From the sequence record OQ828465.1: a stretch of DNA of 64,000 nucleotides, one strand, 5' to 3'. Both the position numbers and the translations under genes were made by a program. Below are positions 56,324-64,000 of the stretch, one piece after another (position 1 is the first letter of the stretch; every line of letters begins with the position of its first letter). The notes beneath the pieces were generated by a model. The model did not search any database. It worked only from the letters and a program-made list of their open reading frames with translations, and was not told the DNA's origin.

Positions 56324-56375
56324 GTTTTCCTCAATGAGACAGTATAAAACCTCCCCCAAGTGGGAGGCTAGTGTA

Positions 56376-56452
56376 TGGTGGGCCCAGCAGGACTTGAACC
56401 TGCGACCAAGCGATTATGAGTCGCCTGCTCTAACCAACTGAGCTATAGGCCC
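56376..56452 (-). tRNA. tRNA with CAT anticodon, most likely tRNA-Ile2 (lysidine type)
   Basis: 77 nt; anticodon arm GGCGACTCATAATCGCT matches recalled E. coli ileX; paired 1:72. Confidence 0.85.
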
Positions 56453-56458
56453 TTTTAT

Positions 56459-56752
56459 TTATTCTGGTAGGAATGTTCCGTCTTTTTGACGGACTAATAC
56501 ACCTGACCATTTGAATGTATTTGTATCACTAACAGGGCACTCTCTAATTACATTGGTTCTAAATGTGCCATGTGGATAGGTTACAGTGAATGTAATATGG
56601 TTATTACAAACATGTAATACAGAAGACTTTGCTTCTGTTAGATAGTGTAAGCCTTGAGCTAATTGAATATTAGTTAATTCAGGGTCACTAAGAATAGCGT
56701 AAAGAGCTGTTCCTATAATTTGATGTTCCCATGATATCCATTTATTATCCAT
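56459..56752 (-). CDS. hypothetical protein between tRNA genes
   Basis: 97 aa ORF. Confidence 0.75.
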   Translation of the reverse strand: MDNKWISWEHQIIGTALYAILSDPELTNIQLAQGLHYLTEAKSSVLHVCNNHITFTVTYPHGTFRTNVIRECPVSDTNTFKWSGVLVRQKDGTFLPE

Positions 56753-56773
56753 CCTATTTACCTATTATTAAAA

Positions 56774-56849
56774 TGGTCGGAGTGGGGAGACTCGAACTCC
56801 CGACATCCTGCTCCCAAAGCAGGCGCGCTACCAACTGCGCTACACTCCG
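56774..56849 (-). tRNA. tRNA-Pro(TGG)
   Basis: 76 nt cloverleaf with CCA. Confidence 0.95.
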
Positions 56850-56858
56850 TATTTAAAT

Positions 56859-56943
56859 TGGTGCCCGAAGTCGGATTCGAACCGACAAGACCGTAGCCGG
56901 AAGATTTTAAGTCTTCTGTGTTTACCAATTTCACCATTCGGGC
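56859..56943 (-). tRNA. tRNA-Leu(TAA)
   Basis: 85 nt with long variable arm and CCA. Confidence 0.95.
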
Positions 56944-56957
56944 ATTGTGCTTCAATA

Positions 56958-56985
56958 CATAACATGTAATGCTAGGTATTTTATT
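56958..56985 (-). promoter_or_regulatory. nvRNAP-type promoter of the Leu-Pro-ORF-Ile2 unit
   Basis: aaaaTAC-ctagcattacatgt-TATGta; same spacing at 47430, 50237, 51107, 53280, 54120, 55447. Confidence 0.7.
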
Positions 56986-57001
56986 ACAACTTATTTTAAA
57001 T

Positions 57002-57454
57002 TCAACGTGGCCATTGTAAAGAAGTTATCTTATTACCATTAATGTAGACATCGGTCACTTCGCACCAATCATTAATTCTGTGTTCAATAATTGGAACATC
57101 ATTTCGGCCAGCCACTCCAATCATATTCCATTTAACATAAATATTCATTAGATCAATTGTTAATTTCTCTTTTATGAGTTTAGGAGAAATTAATTTAATA
57201 TTATTAATGTTAAAGAAGTAATTATTAACTTCTTCTAAATATTCATTAGTATTAGTAGTACTAACTTTGCCTTCATGTTCAAGTGAGGATGGTTTATTCT
57301 GATTTACAATATTGCTCACTAGACTTCTTAAAACGGCACTTGCCCTACCAGCTTCGCGTCTTTTATACTTATCATAGTCTTTTACATTAGCTGCAATTTT
57401 ATCAAATTCTTTTTGGGCATAGATTAGCCCTGGTAAAAGTTCATTTTTGATCAT
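57002..57454 (-). CDS. hypothetical protein
   Basis: 150 aa ORF. Confidence 0.8.
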   Translation of the reverse strand: MIKNELLPGLIYAQKEFDKIAANVKDYDKYKRREAGRASAVLRSLVSNIVNQNKPSSLEHEGKVSTTNTNEYLEEVNNYFFNINNIKLISPKLIKEKLTIDLMNIYVKWNMIGVAGRNDVPIIEHRINDWCEVTDVYINGNKITSLQWPR

Positions 57455-57509
57455 TTTATAATTACTCTATGTTGTTTATACATATTTTAATATACATACG
57501 TAAAAACAA

Positions 57510-57652
57510 AATATAAAGCCTCCCCGAAGGGAGGCGATATATCGTCATTAATGCCCAGCAAAGAGTTTTACTCTCTGGGAGCCAGTTGGAAGGGGGACTG
57601 GCTCCGATCTATTATGACTAATGTAGAAACAAGGGGGAGGGATTATTTCTAC
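57510..57652 (-). ncRNA. candidate late sRNA with C-rich hairpin loops
   Basis: TATGTAG start, three hairpins, UUCG terminator 57518-57535 with U-tract on the - strand. Confidence 0.55.
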
Positions 57653-57667
57653 ATAATATTAGATACA

Positions 57668-59608
57668 TTACTGGTAGTTTTCATTACCCATTGCTAACCT
57701 ACCTTTTATAGACCGATCTACCCATTTTGCGGCGGCCTCCATGATATCAATGAATGAGTGGTATTGCCGCATTTTATTAACTTCCATCACATCATCATCA
57801 ATCCCAGGGCCAAAGCATGCGAATAACAAATCATTCCAATCATAGTAATCGATACCAGCTATTGGACTAGGGTTATCCAACATATCGTAGATTAGTCCTT
57901 CCAGTGGATCTGGTAAATCAGGGAACTTGAAGCTAAGAGTTATCTGACGTTCCAATGCCGATATAATTAAGTTCATGGCCTTAGCTGCTTCTTCTTCAGT
58001 AAGAGCTTTGAGTTTACTATCAGTAGATGGATATTTCGCGACCACGGTGCGAGGTGAATTATAGGTACCCTTACCTGTAATAGTACCGGCAGGCCATTTA
58101 ACACTAGTCTTGAATCCAGCACGTGCCTTGTCTACGATAGCCTTTGCTTCTTTGTATACGTTAGCGTCTAGGTTATGTGCATTCTTAATGAGTAGATCCA
58201 ATGCAGGTTTAGTCTTCTGCCTGTAAGACTCCATTTCGCGATTAGACTTTTCTTCGAGTTTGAAGAATGGTTCTACTGCACGAATGGCATCCTCGATACT
58301 GACTTTACCATTAATACTCAGTACGTTAGCTATACCATTACTATTGATATCGCCAGTAACGAATACCTGCTTATTAAGCCATTGTGGATTGCCAAATGTA
58401 GATTCTAGTTGTTCCAGAAATCCTCTTGCACTGGACGATGAACGCCAGATACGTTTCTGATCACCTCGATTAGAAATGCCAAGAACTTTTTTGATTGAAT
58501 CGATAAGACCTTCATTTGAGACTTGTATAAAACCGGGAGTATTAATGATGGACTTCTCTACATACCCGCCACGAATAACCCGATTTATAAAACCATTAAG
58601 ACCACTACCAGTTTCGGCCATATCTTTCATGATTTCTATATTCGTTTCACCGGCACTTTGGGCATTGTATAAATAATAAGAACCATCTTTGAATTTCAGT
58701 ATAATCCAGTCATCCCCAGTTAGATATGAATCAATATTACTATCATTCATACTTTGATATTTAATGAATTCTGGATTAGTACTTAATACTTCTTCAATGA
58801 ATTCTTCTAATGCCGCAGAATTATTAATAGCATCAACCGGTAGAATTTCACCATCAATGGGTTCAGTAGTTGGACCAGTAACAATGGCAGGTAACGGATC
58901 CTCCTCTACAATAACAGTTTCTTCCACTGGTAGAGCACCGCAAGATAAATCAATTAGTTTATTAAAACTACTAATGATCTCACCAAGTGCTACAAGAACT
59001 GCTGGCTGTTCAACTTGTTCAACTTTAGCAATACCAGTTTCTGTAAATTCTTCAGTAATTCGGTTATAGACTTCCACTAATTGATTAGTAAGCTCTGCTA
59101 CTTTTGGCAGAGTCTGCTTAGACAGAGGTTCAACTACAGTTGTATCTGCTTCAACAAAAATAGAGTCATCTTCTTCTAAACGGCTAGTATTAGCTGAGCC
59201 AGCTGTGAAGTTATAAGGCATATCTTGAATTACTTCATTAATTTCAGATGCCTCCATATCTTCATTTAGACGACCACTATAAGTACGCATCATACCTTCT
59301 GCTTCTTTAATAGTGGAATGCGCTAAGCGTCCCCAATCACCACGCATAATACCGCGCTCGGTAAGACCGCGTGCAGCTGAACCAAGATCAATAGGTTCTT
59401 CAATAAATGATTGTTCTTCAACCCACTCCTCATTACTGTAACATTCTTTTAGAATGGTTTTAAATTTAGTACTAAAGGGTTGTAGAATCTTTTTATCTAC
59501 TTGTTCAACATTTGTTTTAAAGTGTTCTAGACTTGGTGTAGCTTTTGAAGATACTTTTTCAGTACCGCTATATAGCGTACGGTTTAGGAAGTTTAGCATT
59601 TTATTCAT
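57668..59608 (-). CDS. internal head protein (phiKZ gp303-like) with KTSC-like module
   Basis: 646 aa; S/A/G-x-E processing-like motifs (ASE, SNEGLIDSIKK, GNE); position next to nrdB. Confidence 0.7.
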   Translation of the reverse strand: MNKMLNFLNRTLYSGTEKVSSKATPSLEHFKTNVEQVDKKILQPFSTKFKTILKECYSNEEWVEEQSFIEEPIDLGSAARGLTERGIMRGDWGRLAHSTIKEAEGMMRTYSGRLNEDMEASEINEVIQDMPYNFTAGSANTSRLEEDDSIFVEADTTVVEPLSKQTLPKVAELTNQLVEVYNRITEEFTETGIAKVEQVEQPAVLVALGEIISSFNKLIDLSCGALPVEETVIVEEDPLPAIVTGPTTEPIDGEILPVDAINNSAALEEFIEEVLSTNPEFIKYQSMNDSNIDSYLTGDDWIILKFKDGSYYLYNAQSAGETNIEIMKDMAETGSGLNGFINRVIRGGYVEKSIINTPGFIQVSNEGLIDSIKKVLGISNRGDQKRIWRSSSSARGFLEQLESTFGNPQWLNKQVFVTGDINSNGIANVLSINGKVSIEDAIRAVEPFFKLEEKSNREMESYRQKTKPALDLLIKNAHNLDANVYKEAKAIVDKARAGFKTSVKWPAGTITGKGTYNSPRTVVAKYPSTDSKLKALTEEEAAKAMNLIISALERQITLSFKFPDLPDPLEGLIYDMLDNPSPIAGIDYYDWNDLLFACFGPGIDDDVMEVNKMRQYHSFIDIMEAAAKWVDRSIKGRLAMGNENYQ

Positions 59609-59663
59609 GTCTACTCTCTCGTTGATGACTGTTAATAAGAGTGCTATAGAATTGTTAGCATAA

Positions 59664-59685
59664 ACCCTCCCAATTAAGGGAGGGT
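59664..59685 (-). terminator. terminator, identical to 61338..61359
   Basis: accctcccaattaagggagggt. Confidence 0.8.
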
Positions 59686-59693
59686 CATTATGT

Positions 59694-60107
59694 CTACATT
59701 ATATCTCGTGTACCATCATTCATTTCAACAACAGTGACTTTATCACCAACCTTTGGTTTTTCATTGGTAACTGTTTGAACCATGTACTGCTTGCCATCTG
59801 TATTAACAATCAGTTTACATTGAAATGTTTCAGTAGCACTAACATTATTACCGACTGCGCCGCCTGCGGCACCACCGATTAAACCACCTACCCAACCTCC
59901 AGATTTACCAAAGATTGCTCGACCTAATACAGCGCCTGCGGTGGCTCCAACCGCACCTCCAACAGTAGTGCCGACAACACTACTATCTTTAGCAACTAGC
60001 TGACATTCTGAATGTGCAATAATACCATCTGTAGTTGATTTTACTTCAGTTGCTGCAAATAGGACAGTGGACCACATTAAAACTACGAATGCGATAATCT
60101 TAATCAT
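59694..60107 (-). CDS. glycine-zipper 2TM domain protein (YcfJ/SlyB-like)
   Basis: signal peptide, GTTVGGAVGATAGAVLG...GGLIGGAAGGAVGN, C-terminal KVGDKV. Confidence 0.9.
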   Translation of the reverse strand: MIKIIAFVVLMWSTVLFAATEVKSTTDGIIAHSECQLVAKDSSVVGTTVGGAVGATAGAVLGRAIFGKSGGWVGGLIGGAAGGAVGNNVSATETFQCKLIVNTDGKQYMVQTVTNEKPKVGDKVTVVEMNDGTRDIM

Positions 60108-61267
60108 AAGAAGTCAACCTCAAATTCTTCTTCTTCACCAACATCATTTACAACGTTGACCATGTAATCAGGCTTCTCTTCTTCCTGAGGAGATGCTTGG
60201 GTTGATGAAATATCTAGGTAGTCTTCCATATAAAGAAGTGGGTTCTTCTCTGGCCAAACAAAATCAAATCCAGCTGATTCTTTAAACTCCACTTGATACT
60301 GTTCTACAACATCATTTTCAATACTTAGGAATGTTGCTGCGGCATTAGCATTGAAAAGTACCCAGTTAATAAGTTTAGTCGCATTAACACCAGTTAGTTC
60401 ACGACCTTCAGAGAATAGATAATTAACCCAGGTAACTTCAGTCTTTACAATTTCCCATAGTAGTTCAATGATTTTATCTTTACATTGACTGTAAGCGAGT
60501 TTACCGCGTTCAGTTGCCAGTAGTGCACGAATAACTTCTTGTCCATATTGTGCATGGATTTCGAATTCGTCTTGGGCAATTTTCTTAACAGCGGCTGCAA
60601 TTTGCTGGAATGCACCAGTACGACCAATAGCAAAGGTTACTGCAAAGGATGCCATGAACTGGATACGTTCTAGGAAATATAGAGCGATGAAGAACATGAA
60701 TACTTTATTGTAAAGTTCTTGATCATTGGGTACCTGATTAAGAGCATACGCATGAACTGCGTCATGTGCTTCACCCATAGTGCGGGCTACTGCAACCATT
60801 CGTTCTTGTGCTTCTTCTACCCTAAGAATTTCGTCTAGAATAACTTTAGGATCTTTAAAGCTATTACGTACAATTTCAGAATAAGTTAAAGCATGTACGT
60901 CTTCATTATCATTAATACGTACATATCCCGCCCATACTCGTGAATCTGTCATGACAGGTGATAGAATATTAACAATGGAACGACTGGCTACAGAGTCAGC
61001 TTCCCATTGCCAGGCCAGTGTCTTAATCATCATGTCATAAGTTGATTTATCACACGTTTCAAATTCTACTAGACAAGTGGAAAAGTCAAATTCTAGCTCA
61101 TCCCAATCAAGCATCTTTAGACGCTTATATAGCTCCCACATTTTAGGATAATGAGTGTGGATTGAATCTAGTAGACCTGGATCATCTCCAAGAATAATTT
61201 CCGGTAGATGATAATCACTCTTAGCAACATTGAAGATTTTCTTTGGTAGTTGAGATTTAGTAGACAT
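60104..61267 (-). CDS. nrdB: ribonucleotide reductase class Ia beta subunit
   Basis: DSVASR, NEDVHALTYS (radical Tyr), LERIQFMASF, QDEFEIH. Confidence 0.96.
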   Translation of the reverse strand: MSTKSQLPKKIFNVAKSDYHLPEIILGDDPGLLDSIHTHYPKMWELYKRLKMLDWDELEFDFSTCLVEFETCDKSTYDMMIKTLAWQWEADSVASRSIVNILSPVMTDSRVWAGYVRINDNEDVHALTYSEIVRNSFKDPKVILDEILRVEEAQERMVAVARTMGEAHDAVHAYALNQVPNDQELYNKVFMFFIALYFLERIQFMASFAVTFAIGRTGAFQQIAAAVKKIAQDEFEIHAQYGQEVIRALLATERGKLAYSQCKDKIIELLWEIVKTEVTWVNYLFSEGRELTGVNATKLINWVLFNANAAATFLSIENDVVEQYQVEFKESAGFDFVWPEKNPLLYMEDYLDISSTQASPQEEEKPDYMVNVVNDVGEEEEFEVDFL

Positions 61268-61337
61268 ATCAGTTCCTTTACAATTTAAAAATATTTCTTA
61301 CAATAAATAATAGAGGTTAGTATAAATTGGGAATAAC

Positions 61338-61359
61338 ACCCTCCCAATTAAGGGAGGGT
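61338..61359 (-). terminator. terminator after nrdA, identical to 59664..59685
   Basis: accctcccaattaagggagggt. Confidence 0.75.
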
Positions 61360-61367
61360 GTATACAC

Positions 61368-63656
61368 TTAAAGAGTGCACGAACCGCCTGCACACCCAAC
61401 TTCAGTATTAGTTACCTCAACAGCACGTTCAAGTGATTTAATATCAAGTCCTGCTGCTGTTTCTAGATTTACATAATACCGGGTTTTCATTCCACGTTTC
61501 ACCATGTAGAAGTGATTACCTAGCATTTCATTAGAAGAGATCTTTTCAGAACCTACAATGCGTCGGTAGAGGTCCGCACTGATTGTTTGATCAGTCCACT
61601 TTTGAATAATGGCATAGCAATCAATAAGATCTTTAGTGGGGATATCATAAGCTGATTCATACACATAGGAGTCATCATCTCCATATGGAGCAGCCCATAG
61701 CACACGTGCACCATTATCAGTCTTATTAAGAATTAGGCGACGTACCGGGTATGGACCATTAGTTGACCCTAGTGCCTTAGATGATGCTTCACCAGGCATG
61801 TATGCAGCTAGTACGGAGTGTGCAATACCACCATTCTCCTTAATTTCTTTCTCTAGCTCATCCCATGGATAAAGTTCTTCAAAGCCACCTTCAATGATAG
61901 TATCCACTGACTTATTATAAGTCTTACGTGGAGTCCATCCCTCTGGCCATTTAGTCTTATGAATCCAAGGCGCATTCCCGCGTTCTTTAGAAATCTTAAG
62001 TGACGCCTTGATAAGGAAGTACATATGCCGTTCAGCAATGAAGTGGATTTCAGCTTTACCAGCATCGCTGCTATATTTAAGGCCAGCACGTGCCATATGT
62101 GTGGCTAGACCCATGATACCAACACCAGCACTCATTCGATTCTTAGCGGTTAGTGCAAGGTGTGGGAAAGCATACTCTGCATTAAGGATACAATAGTCAA
62201 TCATCTTAAGTGCGTAGTAAGCCGCCATTTCATAAGTTTGCTTATCAGGAACGTTATCCACTGCAATAGCAGCCAGTGAACAAGTAGCAATCTCACCGCG
62301 CCCGTGATCCTCACTAGAATAAAGATCTTCCATTCGATAGTAAGGCTTAGTGGGTTCTGCGATTTCAAGGCATAGGTTAGAACTGTAAATAGGTTCTTTA
62401 AATGGTGTATGATGATTGAGTTCATCAATTTGAGCTGAATAGATGGTTCCAGTCTCATATGCTTCAACTAGCATTGATTTGAGAAGATCCCGAGCATTTA
62501 CATAAGTTTTCTCAAATTTAGGATCCGCTTCATATTTTTCATAAAGCTTAATAAACTTATCAATATCACCACTATAGAAAGCATCATGTAGATCTGGAGC
62601 AGTAAATGGATTGAATACAAAGATCATGCCATCTTTCTGAGCCGCTTTCTTAGCAAAGAACTTATTACTTAGGAATGCATAGTGAAGATCACGGTTCTTC
62701 CTATCCTCAGTAGAACGTGGATTACGTAGCTGAGTAATCATATCTGCTTCAGGATCGAAAGCACTGTAGTAACACGTAACAGCACCACCTCGACCATTTT
62801 GTAGGTTAGCCCTTACTGCTTTACCAATTACATCGATGTATGGTTTCTTACCTTGGTGAATGATTAGGCCATTACGGATAGGATCACCAATTGACCTAGT
62901 CATTAAGTTAACACCAATGCCTGCTGATGATTGGGTCATGATGTTAGCAATATAATCACCCATTGCCAGTGATACACCATTATCACCAGAAGCAAATAGG
63001 CAACATGATGCAAAACCACGAAGCTTAGTACCTAGGTTAACGTAGTTAGGTGTTGGCGCACTAAGAATTTTATTAGAAAGTAGTTTATAGTAATTCTCCA
63101 CATGAGTCATGCGAGTTTCAGCTGGCTCTTTTTCAGCTAGAGCCATTGCCATTCGCATATATACAAACTGGGCAGTCTCATATTCTTGACCAGTTTTACG
63201 ATTACGTAGAGCATACTTTCCACGAATGTGATGAAGTGAAAAATGCGGACAAAGTAGGTCAAGATCGTGATCAATGATCTTTTCAATCTGAGCGTATTCT
63301 TTACTACTATAATCTAATTTAACAATGATACCATCTTTACGCATCCTGGTTTGAAGCGCTTTAACAGTTGGGATGCCATTTAGACCATAGAACTTCTTAC
63401 GAAGATAAATCGCATATAGTCTACCAGCCATTAGATAATAAGACCATGTCTTACGATTTAAACATTCTTCAATAAGTTGTAATTGTAGTTCTTGTGATGA
63501 AGTTTTATCACCAAGAGCTTGAACAGCATCCATCACAACACTACTCCAATCCACCTTATCGCCAAGATGTTGGGCTGCCCATTCACCCCAACCATTAATC
63601 TTAGCAGGTGAGTATGCTTCTTCAGTACCGTCTAGTTTAATGATAGTTTTTAACAT
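61368..63656 (-). CDS. nrdA: ribonucleotide reductase class Ia alpha subunit
   Basis: N-terminal ATP-cone-like region, SAPTPN, ASCCLF, SSNLCLEI, CSLAA, MPGEASS, TRYY, C-terminal CAGGSC; likely ATG 63656. Confidence 0.97.
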   Translation of the reverse strand: MLKTIIKLDGTEEAYSPAKINGWGEWAAQHLGDKVDWSSVVMDAVQALGDKTSSQELQLQLIEECLNRKTWSYYLMAGRLYAIYLRKKFYGLNGIPTVKALQTRMRKDGIIVKLDYSSKEYAQIEKIIDHDLDLLCPHFSLHHIRGKYALRNRKTGQEYETAQFVYMRMAMALAEKEPAETRMTHVENYYKLLSNKILSAPTPNYVNLGTKLRGFASCCLFASGDNGVSLAMGDYIANIMTQSSAGIGVNLMTRSIGDPIRNGLIIHQGKKPYIDVIGKAVRANLQNGRGGAVTCYYSAFDPEADMITQLRNPRSTEDRKNRDLHYAFLSNKFFAKKAAQKDGMIFVFNPFTAPDLHDAFYSGDIDKFIKLYEKYEADPKFEKTYVNARDLLKSMLVEAYETGTIYSAQIDELNHHTPFKEPIYSSNLCLEIAEPTKPYYRMEDLYSSEDHGRGEIATCSLAAIAVDNVPDKQTYEMAAYYALKMIDYCILNAEYAFPHLALTAKNRMSAGVGIMGLATHMARAGLKYSSDAGKAEIHFIAERHMYFLIKASLKISKERGNAPWIHKTKWPEGWTPRKTYNKSVDTIIEGGFEELYPWDELEKEIKENGGIAHSVLAAYMPGEASSKALGSTNGPYPVRRLILNKTDNGARVLWAAPYGDDDSYVYESAYDIPTKDLIDCYAIIQKWTDQTISADLYRRIVGSEKISSNEMLGNHFYMVKRGMKTRYYVNLETAAGLDIKSLERAVEVTNTEVGCAGGSCTL

Positions 63657-64000
63657 TGTTAATTTCCAATTGTGAGTCGTAAGTTCATGTGAAAAAGTAT
63701 TCAACATATCTTTAGATCAACTAAGTATTTTTACGACCCATTTTAAATGAATTTAGTTGATCTATTGTAAAAGCATATTATGGTACATTGGATATCTTTA
63801 TCTTAAAAACCTCTGTAGCCTTAGTGCCTTAAGGGTTACAGCTATATAGTCCAATATCGTTCTACCATGCTATTTAAGAGCTTTAAATAATAACCCACTA
63901 TGTACCCTTAGGTTTTATTTTATCAACAATATAGCTTAAAATAGAAATATACCTAAGTGCTTTTTACTATACTACTATTATTTATCGGAGTTAATTAAGA

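Noticed and set aside
56758-56955. 65 aa ORF on the - strand
   Set aside because: It is a translation of the tRNA-Leu and tRNA-Pro genes
57541-57652. RsmA/CsrA-titrating RNA on the + strand (GGA in loops)
   Set aside because: Start motif and terminator U-tract both point to the - strand; the loops are larger than typical Rsm sites
60104-63656. Introns or inteins in nrdA/nrdB
   Set aside because: Both are continuous ORFs of normal length with motifs in expected order

Overview
AT-rich segment of a lytic jumbo-phage genome, densely coded. Genes run on the + strand from 1 to about 49.7 kb and on the - strand from about 49.8 kb to the end. Gene content and order are dCTP deaminase, a thymidylate synthase with large inserts, a tRNA cluster (Thr/Asn/Asn/Asp/CAT/Pro/Leu), a large internal-head-like protein, a glycine-zipper gene, nrdB and nrdA. 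This content, plus TATATTAC early and TATG late promoter motifs, matches a phiKZ-like Pseudomonas phage (Phikzvirus, nucleus-forming Chimalliviridae), roughly phiKZ gp208-gp306. The gp numbers are inferred from remembered synteny, not from a search. Most of the window is an accessory region of small ORFs packaged between near-identical terminator + early-promoter cassettes. Recognisable host-manipulation candidates: an SspB-like ClpXP adaptor, a Mesh1/SpoT-type HD hydrolase, an RlaP-like nucleotidyltransferase, a Zn deaminase, two tandem ART-like genes (one with an in-frame stop), a BCS1-like membrane AAA ATPase, an HslV-like Ntn protein, a TYW3-like protein, and an expanded family of secreted Cys-pair proteins. 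The best lead for an undescribed system is a set of promoter- and terminator-bounded non-coding RNAs with exposed pyrimidine-rich, anti-Shine-Dalgarno-like segments (46949+, 47450+, 57652-, plus a structured 54100- leader). One of them has 16 nt of contiguous complementarity to the nrdB ribosome-binding site. Two use the same exactly spaced TAC-N14-TATGTA promoter as the tRNA genes. All function calls come from visual motif recognition; no searches were run.
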